Of a stretch of DNA of 39,728 nt, positions 1 to 6,894 are shown piece by piece (the stretch's first letter is position 1; each line of letters begins with the position of its first letter). The position numbers and the translations under genes were made by a program. The notes under the pieces are model-generated. The model was not told the DNA's origin, did no database searches, and saw nothing but the letters and a program-made list of their open reading frames with translations. This stretch comes from a virus (taxonomy: Duplodnaviria > Caudoviricetes): IMG/VR virus record IMGVR_UViG_3300013132_000098, positions 1 to 39,728 of that record. The stretch is one strand, 5' to 3'.

Positions 1-70
1 GCTTTCTGGTTGTGGGCAAACGACACAATCACATCTCTTACAGCAGGGATGTAACACAGAAACCGCCGTT

Positions 71-182
71 GGCCCGTGGCGGTATATAAATCGCGGAAGG
101 ATCTTAAGATCATGCACGCGGGTAAGTCTTCCTGATGCTGATTCCAAATCAGTAGGCTTGCAGACGCGCTAACGGGCCTCCA
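71..182 (+). ncRNA. Putative structured small RNA ending in CCA (tRNA-like ends, not a cloverleaf)
   Basis: GGCCCGT (71-77) pairs with ACGGGCC (172-178), followed by T-CCA; several internal hairpins; lies in the tRNA cluster. Confidence 0.45.
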
Positions 183-228
183 GATTTTAAGGATCATTTT
201 ACATATGGGGGATTAGCTTAAAAGTAAT

Positions 229-303
229 AGGAGTGGACGGTATGGCTACCTGTCATCTTTTACACGGAAGACGTTTAGGGTTCAATTCCCTACACTCCTA
301 CCA
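229..303 (+). tRNA. tRNA-Val(TAC), atypical
   Basis: Acceptor AGGAGTG/CACTCCT + A + CCA; T-arm TAGGG-TTCAATT-CCCTA; anticodon loop TTTACAC; non-canonical D arm and an A-A mismatch in the anticodon stem. Confidence 0.65.
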
Positions 304-884
304 AGTTTTTCAGCCCAGCGTTTTTTGACGCTTTTGGCTATTTTGAGTTTATGGTCGTCAGATTTTTGTCGACCCGTTTGAAACTCACTTATTTTGGAAG
401 ACCTGCTTGAGTAGGTTCTGACATTGTTGTCCTTTATCTTTTGAATAGTCTCGTCACTATGTTTTTTACCTGTAGAGGCCTTTCGCATTTTTGCTTTAGT
501 TTCTTCTGTGTGTTTGTTACCGAGATTTGGTTTGTGATTTCTATTTCTATTCGCAATACGGTTTGACTCTAAACAAATCATTTTTTGATGATGGGACATA
601 CCTCTCAATTGGTCTTCATTAGACCTGGAAAGAGCATATAAAGCATATCTCATAGCAGTCTTATGTTTTGGATCTGAAACCATCTTACAGAGTAGTCTAT
701 GGCAAGTCCAATGTTCTTTGAAAGTCAGTAATGTTATATTAGAAGAATCATTGGTGCCACCTAAAGACTTGGGCACGATATGATGCTTTTCATAATATCC
801 AAAATCTTTGGAACGTAATGTATCTATTTGGGCCCGTGAGACAATGGAATTATACACGCGAGTATATTTGTTATCAATGAACAT
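282..884 (-). CDS. HNH homing endonuclease (T4 Mob-like) with NUMOD3-type DNA-binding repeats
   Basis: YEKHHIVPKSLGGTNDSSNITLLTFKEHWTCHRLL HNH motif; KHTEETKAKM and KHSDETIQKI repeats; TATAAATA upstream. Confidence 0.85.
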   Translation of the reverse strand: MFIDNKYTRVYNSIVSRAQIDTLRSKDFGYYEKHHIVPKSLGGTNDSSNITLLTFKEHWTCHRLLCKMVSDPKHKTAMRYALYALSRSNEDQLRGMSHHQKMICLESNRIANRNRNHKPNLGNKHTEETKAKMRKASTGKKHSDETIQKIKDNNVRTYSSRSSKISEFQTGRQKSDDHKLKIAKSVKKRWAEKLGRSVGN

Positions 885-904
885 TAGGAAACTCTCTTCT
901 AGTG

Positions 905-912
905 TATTTATA
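905..912 (-). promoter_or_regulatory. T4-type late promoter TATAAATA for the HNH gene
   Basis: Exact TATAAATA on the minus strand, 21 nt upstream of the ATG at 884. Confidence 0.7.
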
Positions 913-1033
913 AAACTGTCGCCTTACATAGGATAACACAATGCCATGCTCGATGATGAAGCCAGTCGGTTCACAGCAAACTTCATGTACTTCTGATGTA
1001 GAGCAAAACATATATTCATGAATCAAAAATAAT

Positions 1034-1110
1034 GCGCGTATAGCCCAACGGTAGGAGGCAACGGTCTTAGAAACCGTGCAGTGTAAGTTCGAATCTTACT
1101 ACGCGCACCA
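1034..1110 (+). tRNA. tRNA-Leu(TAG)
   Basis: GCGCGTA/TACGCGC acceptor, ACGGT-CTTAGAA-ACCGT anticodon arm, GTTCGAAT T-loop, encoded CCA; variable loop only 5 nt. Confidence 0.9.
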
Positions 1111-1115
1111 ATAAC

Positions 1116-1189
1116 GCCTCTATAGTATAGTGGTAGAACAATCCTTTGGTAGGGGATTGGCTCCAGTTCGATTCTGGATAGAGGCACCA
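1116..1189 (+). tRNA. tRNA-Thr(GGT)
   Basis: GCCTCTA/TAGAGGC acceptor, ATCCT-TTGGTAG-GGGAT anticodon arm, TTCGATT T-loop, CCA. Confidence 0.9.
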
Positions 1190-1195
1190 GATAAC

Positions 1196-1269
1196 GCCGC
1201 ATTAGTATAATGGCAATACAGGGGCTTTGTAATCCTCTGATGGGAGTTCGATTCTCTCATGCGGCACCA
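1196..1269 (+). tRNA. tRNA-Thr(TGT)
   Basis: GCCGCAT/ATGCGGC acceptor, anticodon loop TTTGTAA, GGGAG-TTCGATT-CTCTC T-arm, CCA. Confidence 0.9.
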
Positions 1270-1287
1270 TTTTATAGGAACTTAACA

Positions 1288-1767
1288 ATGATACGCAAGC
1301 ATCTCAACCTTGAAGAAGTCAGAGCCTTCATCCAATCACAAACTCCAGAAACAAAAGTATATCTCGGCGCTGATTCTGAACGTTTTCAGATCAACGGTGT
1401 TTGGTATGCTGACTACATCAACGTTGTGGTCGTGCATAAGAACGGTAAGAACGGCTGTAGAGTGTTCGGTGGTATTGTTCGTGAGCGTGACTATGACCAA
1501 CAAAAAGACAAGCCAAGAATGAGATTAATGAATGAAGTAATGAAGGTGTGTCAGTTGTATCTTGAACTTGAAGATGTATTTGGTGATCGTGAAGTTGAAG
1601 TTCACCTTGATCTGAATACTGATCCAAAGCATGGTTCATCATGCGTAATCAACGAAGCAATTGGTTATGTTCGCGGTATATGTAATGTCGTACCTCTAGT
1701 GAAGCCTTATGGTTGGGCAGCATCTTACTGTGCTGACCGTTACAAGGACGCTATTGCTTTCAAGTAG
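1288..1767 (+). CDS. RNase H-like YkuK (DUF458) family protein
   Basis: VYLGADS, RLMNEV, EVHLDLN and VKPYGWAASYCADRY motifs; start moved to ATG 1288 (AGGA RBS) because the longer ORF overlaps tRNA-Thr. Confidence 0.8.
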   Translation: MIRKHLNLEEVRAFIQSQTPETKVYLGADSERFQINGVWYADYINVVVVHKNGKNGCRVFGGIVRERDYDQQKDKPRMRLMNEVMKVCQLYLELEDVFGDREVEVHLDLNTDPKHGSSCVINEAIGYVRGICNVVPLVKPYGWAASYCADRYKDAIAFK

Positions 1768-1843
1768 CATAAATAGATGTGGGTCGCGGAGCGGCAACTC
1801 CCACCCACTCTAATGCTATCAAAGCGATGAAAGGTTATTGATT

Positions 1844-2224
1844 ATGTTTTTTCGGAATCCTTATGAAGACAGGTATCCTCAGCACACAACTGTTAATGTA
1901 ACAGAGAAACGCGCACCGACCGATGAGTCTGTGCGTCTTCTCAAAGAAATGGAAGAGGCGGCCCGCAACAAAGTCCTTGAGACAATCATTGTTGCTGACA
2001 CTTCATTTGAATGTAAGATTCATAAGATGATGGATCACACTAACGATCAAGATGTGTATAATGTCGTATTCTCTCTTGGTGGGCAGAAAAGAAGAACAGA
2101 AGTAAGAGTAGACAAATATAGAAAGTTGACACCGCAAGAAGTCGCTGTTGCAATTCGTGATGCTGTTGCTGTTGATATTTCAAATCATCTTCTTGCAACT
2201 GCCTTTCAAAGGGGTATTGAGTAA
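1844..2224 (+). CDS. Hypothetical protein
   Basis: ORF with AAGG RBS, TAATG-coupled to the next gene. Confidence 0.65.
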   Translation: MFFRNPYEDRYPQHTTVNVTEKRAPTDESVRLLKEMEEAARNKVLETIIVADTSFECKIHKMMDHTNDQDVYNVVFSLGGQKRRTEVRVDKYRKLTPQEVAVAIRDAVAVDISNHLLATAFQRGIE

Positions 2225-2673
2225 TGACTAAGTTTTTCATGTATCTTGCGATTGTAGCGGCTGCAATCTTCATGCTTGTCACTGGTGCAAAGGCTGGTGC
2301 AGAACCTTATGGTGAGCATGAGATTATCATTCGGATTGATAAGTCTGACCAGAAGATGTATGTAGAAACACCCACTGACTACTTTGTCTGGGATGTTTCT
2401 ACAGCACGAAAGGGTTATCGGACTCCGACTGGTGTGTTTCAGCCGTATCTTATAAAGAAGATGCACTATTCGCGCAAGTATGACAACGCACCGATGCCAC
2501 ACTCTATCTTTTTTCTTGGTGGCTACGCTATTCACGGCACGAATGATTTGAAGCGTCTTGGCAGCCCAGCATCGCATGGGTGCATTAGACTTCATCCGCA
2601 GAATGCTCGTTGGCTATATCAGGTTGTAAATGAGTATGGCAAGTATAATACATACATAGAGATTACAGAATAA
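2224..2673 (+). CDS. L,D-transpeptidase (YkuD family) with signal peptide
   Basis: YAIHGT...LGSPASHGCIRL catalytic HxxxSxGC motif; TPTG motif; N-terminal signal peptide. Confidence 0.9.
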   Translation: MTKFFMYLAIVAAAIFMLVTGAKAGAEPYGEHEIIIRIDKSDQKMYVETPTDYFVWDVSTARKGYRTPTGVFQPYLIKKMHYSRKYDNAPMPHSIFFLGGYAIHGTNDLKRLGSPASHGCIRLHPQNARWLYQVVNEYGKYNTYIEITE

Positions 2674-2759
2674 GGAACGTGGGCAGGCTGGTAATGCAGC
2701 GGTTTGCTAAACCGTACAACCGAAAGGTTGAACTGGTTCGATTCCAGTACGTTCCGCCA
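2674..2759 (+). tRNA. tRNA-Ser(GCT)
   Basis: GGAACGT/ACGTTCC acceptor, GCGGT-TTGCTAA-ACCGT, long variable arm CAACC-GAAA-GGTTG, G discriminator + CCA. Confidence 0.92.
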
Positions 2760-2794
2760 ATTCTAAATAGTGGTCTATACCACAGGAGATAAGA

Positions 2795-3238
2795 ATGGAA
2801 GAATTAGTAGAAAAAATGAAGGTTGTCTTAGCAAGCACCTTCGCAGCAGCACTAAAGGCTCAAGCATATCATTGGAATGTAATCGGTTCTGATTTTCCTC
2901 AGTTGCATGAATTTTTCGGAACAATATATTCTGACTATCATGGTGCAGTAGATCCATTAGCTGAACATATTCGTCAGCTAGATGCTTTCACACCGCAGAC
3001 CTTATCACGCATGGCAGAGCTATCGGTAATTATGGAAGATGAAAAGATTCTGACTGCTGAGAAAATGTTATCTAATCTTTTAACCTGCAATGAAAATTTG
3101 ATGGCTGAAGTAACAAAAGCCTACGAGATGGCCGAAGAGCAAAAAGAATACTCTTTGTCAAACTATTTACAAGATCGACTAACATCCCAAACTAAGCTGA
3201 ACTGGATGATCAAGTCAACATTAGGAAAAAAGTCATGA
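2795..3238 (+). CDS. dps: Dps / ferritin-like DNA protection protein
   Basis: HWNVIGSDFPQLHEFF and DPLAEHIR ferroxidase motifs; TCTAAATA late-type promoter at 2762-2769. Confidence 0.88.
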   Translation: MEELVEKMKVVLASTFAAALKAQAYHWNVIGSDFPQLHEFFGTIYSDYHGAVDPLAEHIRQLDAFTPQTLSRMAELSVIMEDEKILTAEKMLSNLLTCNENLMAEVTKAYEMAEEQKEYSLSNYLQDRLTSQTKLNWMIKSTLGKKS

Positions 3239-3507
3239 AGATATTTTTAATAGCACTAGCTATGCTGGCGTTTGTTATCACTCCTGCATATGCAGATAAC
3301 TCAGAAGAAGTAATTATAGGCGTAATGGGCGGACTTTTAGGTGGTTTAATTATCGGTGAAATCATTGATAGAGACCATCATCATGTATATGTTGAAAGAA
3401 AACCTATTCGCAAGCATAGAGTAAAATACTGTACTACTTATTGGGTAGAATATTTTGATGAGTATTATGGTTACTGGGTAACAGAACCTAGACAAAAGTG
3501 TAGATAA
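3235..3507 (+). CDS. Small exported protein with glycine-zipper segment
   Basis: Signal peptide ending AYA; GVMGGLLGGLIIG. Confidence 0.65.
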   Translation: MKIFLIALAMLAFVITPAYADNSEEVIIGVMGGLLGGLIIGEIIDRDHHHVYVERKPIRKHRVKYCTTYWVEYFDEYYGYWVTEPRQKCR

Positions 3508-3508
3508 C

Positions 3509-3532
3509 AAAGCGGCTTCGGCCGCTTTTTTT
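3509..3532 (+). terminator. Rho-independent terminator with cUUCGg tetraloop
   Basis: AAAGCGGC-TTCG-GCCGCTTTTTTT. Confidence 0.85.
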
Positions 3533-3568
3533 ATTTCTGCTAAATACCTGAAAAAAGAGGTATTGAAT

Positions 3569-4375
3569 ATGGCAGCTTCAGAAGGTGTAGATTTAGAATG
3601 GGCTATAGTTGCATTAGGTAAAGGTGAAGATATCAAAGGTCTCAAAAAACAATATTCTAGTAAAATTGTAGATCAAGCACAAAAAGCTTTTAAACACATT
3701 CAAAACAAATTAGGAAAAAATATAATAATTAGACATTCAGATGAAGAAGGTATATCAGGCAATCCTGAACCAAAAACAGATATTGTAGCGATTCGTAATA
3801 ATAACACAAAATTTTATATCTCTGTGAAAATGGAGGGCGGCATACAACTGGCTTCTGGACAAGGAGCATCTACAGCAAATTTGTTTCGTGAAACCGCTAA
3901 TGTTGTTTTTATGGGTAATAAGAAAAAACTAGATGAAGTCAACAATCTTGCAGATATCTTGGAAAAACTTCCAACAAGACTCGTTGCGCCTCAAAATCTT
4001 GAGCGACTTTTGCAAGAGGCAAATCCAAAAGTTTTAAAAGAGTTTACAAAAGCTGGAAAAATTTTACCTGAAAAAAACGCAGAGAGTTGGCTTAGAGAAG
4101 CTAAACCAAAAATTATTTTAGATATAAAGAGATTTATGGAAAACAATCCTGAATTCTTCAAAGAGATGATAAAAGAATCACTATCGGGTGAAAGGACTCT
4201 AGCTAGATTTAAAGGCGCTAGAGCTACACACATATTATCACCTGCGGGTTTTTATAAGATTGATGATTCTTATGTTAGTAAGCTTAAAGGTAAAGTTAAA
4301 TTAGATGTAAGAGCAAAAAGCAGATCAGGAATAACCAGTATTGCATTCAGAATTGAAACCATGGGCAACATATGA
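3569..4375 (+). CDS. Putative PD-(D/E)xK-type endonuclease (conserved phage protein)
   Basis: EPKTDI...YISVKMEGGIQLASG resembles a D...SxK nuclease core; late-type promoter GCTAAATA 3539-3546 and an RBS hairpin like those of the other nuclease genes. Confidence 0.5.
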   Translation: MAASEGVDLEWAIVALGKGEDIKGLKKQYSSKIVDQAQKAFKHIQNKLGKNIIIRHSDEEGISGNPEPKTDIVAIRNNNTKFYISVKMEGGIQLASGQGASTANLFRETANVVFMGNKKKLDEVNNLADILEKLPTRLVAPQNLERLLQEANPKVLKEFTKAGKILPEKNAESWLREAKPKIILDIKRFMENNPEFFKEMIKESLSGERTLARFKGARATHILSPAGFYKIDDSYVSKLKGKVKLDVRAKSRSGITSIAFRIETMGNI

Positions 4376-4425
4376 TCACATTCTCAGAATACCTAACAGA
4401 ATCAAAAGAAGGTAAGAACATCTAG
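4372..4425 (+). pseudogene. Broken duplicate 5' end of the ligase-like gene
   Basis: MITFSEYLTESKEGKNI*, continuing out of frame as EHLEDEIY; matches ESKEGKNLHLE/HLEDEV of 4487-4610. Confidence 0.6.
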
Positions 4426-4486
4426 AAGATGAAATCTATCTATCGTAATGGCAATCATTCTAAAAAGTATAGGATAAAAATAGTAG

Positions 4487-4588
4487 ATGCTTAAATTTCA
4501 AGAATTTTTGAGAAAGGAGGTTATTATTCCGGGTGAAGAGTCTTTTCTACTTGAAAGTAAAGAAGGCAAAAATCTTCACCTGGAATAA
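4487..4588 (+). CDS. 33-aa N-terminal segment of the ligase-like protein (fragment A)
   Basis: MLKFQEFLRKEVIIPGEESFLLESKEGKNLHLE*; AGGA upstream; stop overlaps the next ATG (TAATG). Confidence 0.6.
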   Translation: MLKFQEFLRKEVIIPGEESFLLESKEGKNLHLE

Positions 4589-5037
4589 TGACTGAACACC
4601 TAGAAGACGAGGTACTCAATGGAGGAGTGGTTGGCACAAGAGGTGCGATATCCTTTCTACAGTCTCTTCGTGATATGCTTGCTGGGCATTCTACTGGTAG
4701 AACTGTCAATCTAACAACGAAATGGGATGGTTGTGTTCATGAAGATACAGTCGTATTGACCAATAATGGTGATATGACGATCAAAGAGATCGTCAATAGA
4801 GAGGATTTATGGGGTGAGCTAGAGATTAAGGGCAAAAACTTACAATCGCCATTACAGTATGATGCATTCAGTTTACTTCTGGCAGGAAATGCATCTGACG
4901 GCACCAAGCAGTGGGTTGAAGTGATGTTAGATGATGGTAGTGTTGTTAAGCTAACCTGCGATCATGAAGTACATACAGCGCGGGGCTGGATAAAAGCCGG
5001 TGACTTGATCTACGGTGATGATGTGACTGAATTATGA
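4588..5037 (+). CDS. RNA-ligase-like (DUF6267-like) N-extein fused to N-terminal split intein half
   Basis: 48 aa ending TTKWDG, then intein block A CVHEDTVVLT and block B LTCDHEVHTARGWIKAGDL, then stop. Confidence 0.85.
   Translation: MTEHLEDEVLNGGVVGTRGAISFLQSLRDMLAGHSTGRTVNLTTKWDGCVHEDTVVLTNNGDMTIKEIVNREDLWGELEIKGKNLQSPLQYDAFSLLLAGNASDGTKQWVEVMLDDGSVVKLTCDHEVHTARGWIKAGDLIYGDDVTEL
4732..5034 (+). mobile_element. Split intein N-half (IntN, 101 aa)
   Basis: Starts with Cys1 at 4732; TxxH-like block B (TCDH); GWxxAxDL; acidic C-terminus GDDVTEL; no C-terminal HN. Confidence 0.85.
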
Positions 5038-5063
5038 CGGTAACCAGCCGACTTCTTCGTTTT

Positions 5064-5071
5064 TATAAATA
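5064..5071 (+). promoter_or_regulatory. T4-type late promoter TATAAATA in the loop of an RBS-sequestering hairpin
   Basis: Exact TATAAATA; 5052-5062 pairs with 5071-5081, which contains AGGAG. Confidence 0.75.
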
Positions 5072-5087
5072 AGCGTAGGAGGATTTT

Positions 5088-5762
5088 ATGAAAAAACACG
5101 AAACATTCTCAGTTGAACTCAAACAGTTTATCGAAGAACAATATATTGCCCACTACAGCACTACAAAGGTTATTGCACTTGTAAAAGAGAATTTTGATAG
5201 TAATATAGGAAGGAGTCCTATTGTTAATTATTTAAAAAGTGTTGGGCTGTATGAAGGATTAGCTGGCCCAAATTACATCAAAAATAAAGTTAAAAACCAA
5301 GTAGAATACCTACAAAAAACATATGGTGTGTCCAATTGGGGGCAAATGGCCGACGGTGGATATAAAGGACAAAATAAAATTCCATATCAAAAGCTAAAAA
5401 TTATTGAAGATATATCTGCATATAAAGAGATGGTTGACAAAATAACGAAGACCGTTGTTCGAAAATTGAAGAGACAGAACCGACTCCCCACTCATTGTGC
5501 ATACACCAGAATTGAATTTGCTGATGTAAGCGGAGAATCAAACCCCAACGACCCAAGAAAACGTACAGTTGATCATGTGGTGCCGATAACACAATGTTAT
5601 TTGTTAGGGTGGCCACCAGAAAAAGCAGCATCGCTAGATAATATTGAATTTGTTCTGAGGTTTGTAAATTCTATGAAAAGTAATACGAACTTTAACAGTT
5701 TTAAAGAATTCATACCAATCATTAAAGAGGCATTGATAAATGAAGGTTACCAAAGTAACTAG
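5088..5762 (+). CDS. Free-standing HNH-like homing endonuclease between the split intein halves
   Basis: CAYT...RTVDHVVPI...NIEFVLRFVNSMKSN (DH..P...N...N..K) C-terminal HNH-like motif; YGVSN motif; own RBS and promoter. Confidence 0.7.
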   Translation: MKKHETFSVELKQFIEEQYIAHYSTTKVIALVKENFDSNIGRSPIVNYLKSVGLYEGLAGPNYIKNKVKNQVEYLQKTYGVSNWGQMADGGYKGQNKIPYQKLKIIEDISAYKEMVDKITKTVVRKLKRQNRLPTHCAYTRIEFADVSGESNPNDPRKRTVDHVVPITQCYLLGWPPEKAASLDNIEFVLRFVNSMKSNTNFNSFKEFIPIIKEALINEGYQSN

Positions 5763-5853
5763 ATTAGAAGAAAAATACACTCAGTATGACATATCTACTG
5801 AGTTTGCAAACTTCTATATCAAAACAAACACTGGGTATGTGTTAATTCACAAT
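5740..5853 (+). mobile_element. Split intein C-half (IntC, 38 aa)
   Basis: Block F YDI...NFY, block G IHN followed by Ser+1; basic N-terminus. Confidence 0.85.
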
Positions 5854-6894
5854 AGTCCAGCCATCTTTGCAGGTATCAACCCAGAGAACGGCAAGTTCTT
5901 TGTCGGTACCAAAGGTGTGTTTGCTCAGAATGCTAAACTCAATTATACGCCAGCAGACATTGACAAGAACCACCCCGGTGAAGGGCTTAACGTAAAACTC
6001 AAGATCGCTCTGAAGTATCTACCTGAACTGAACATTGACGGTGTTCTTCAAGGTGACATGATGTTTACTGCTGCTGATCTTAAGTCTGAAAGAATTGAAG
6101 GGCAGTCATATATCACGTTTCAACCTAACACAATCGTCTATGCTATACCATCTGATTCTGATCTAGCAAAGTCCGTTACTTCCGCAAAGATGGGTATTGT
6201 CTGGCATACAACATACTCTGGCAAAACAATGGCTGATATGAAAGCATCGTTTGGTGCTGACATCAGTTCACTTAGGGCCTCAAAGAATGTTTGGTATCGT
6301 GATGCATCATTCGTTGACGCATCTGGTACTGCTACATTTACAAAGCAAGAGACAGATGCAATAACATCTATACTATCTCAGGCAGGTACACTGTTCAGAT
6401 CCATATCTGCTAGAACATTGAATGAGATTGCCAGCAATGATACCTACAAGATTACCATCAAAGCATGGAACAATTTGAAAGTGCGTGAAGGTAAAGAGAT
6501 AACAAACACCTCTCAGCACGTTGCTGGTCTTATTGCTTCCGTTGAAGAGAAACTGAATAAGTCTATATTGGAAGCAAAGAAGGCTGACACAAAGCAAAAG
6601 CGTCAGATGGAAAAAACTATCATCATGCGTTTCTACAAATCTAATCAGAATGAACTCAAGAAGATATTTGACTTGCAAAACTTGCTGGTTCGTGCTAAGA
6701 ATATGATAGTCAAGAAACTTCAGCAGGTTCAGGACAGCATTGGTAAATATCTACGTACTGATGCTAATGGTTTGAAAGCAACAAGCGATGAAGGATTTGT
6801 TGCGATTGACAAGATTGGTAAAGCAGTGAAATTGGTAGACAGGTTAGAATTTAGCCAAGCCAACTTTAACGCAACCAAGAACTGGTCAAAGTAA
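5740..6894 (+). CDS. C-terminal split intein half fused to the C-extein of the RNA-ligase-like protein
   Basis: MKVTKVTR...YDISTEFANFY...VLIHN|SPAIFAG; extein has FFVGTK, LQGDMM, EGFVA and AVKLVDR ligase-like motifs. Confidence 0.85.
   Translation: MKVTKVTRLEEKYTQYDISTEFANFYIKTNTGYVLIHNSPAIFAGINPENGKFFVGTKGVFAQNAKLNYTPADIDKNHPGEGLNVKLKIALKYLPELNIDGVLQGDMMFTAADLKSERIEGQSYITFQPNTIVYAIPSDSDLAKSVTSAKMGIVWHTTYSGKTMADMKASFGADISSLRASKNVWYRDASFVDASGTATFTKQETDAITSILSQAGTLFRSISARTLNEIASNDTYKITIKAWNNLKVREGKEITNTSQHVAGLIASVEEKLNKSILEAKKADTKQKRQMEKTIIMRFYKSNQNELKKIFDLQNLLVRAKNMIVKKLQQVQDSIGKYLRTDANGLKATSDEGFVAIDKIGKAVKLVDRLEFSQANFNATKNWSK

Noticed and set aside
1-70. c-di-GMP-I riboswitch (GGGCAAAC) or hammerhead ribozyme
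   Set aside because: The rest of the consensus (GNRA-capped P2, GCAAAG, or the CUGAUGA/GAAA core) is missing
941-1021. Short ORF MPCSMMKP... between the HNH gene and tRNA-Leu
   Set aside because: 26 codons with no motif or other supporting evidence
1210-1287. N-terminal extension of the YkuK ORF given in the ORF track
   Set aside because: Overlaps tRNA-Thr(TGT); ATG 1288 has the RBS
5035-5765. Group I intron joining the two intein halves at RNA level
   Set aside because: Only about 50 nt of non-coding sequence is available and the endonuclease overlaps the IntC start, leaving no room for a ribozyme core
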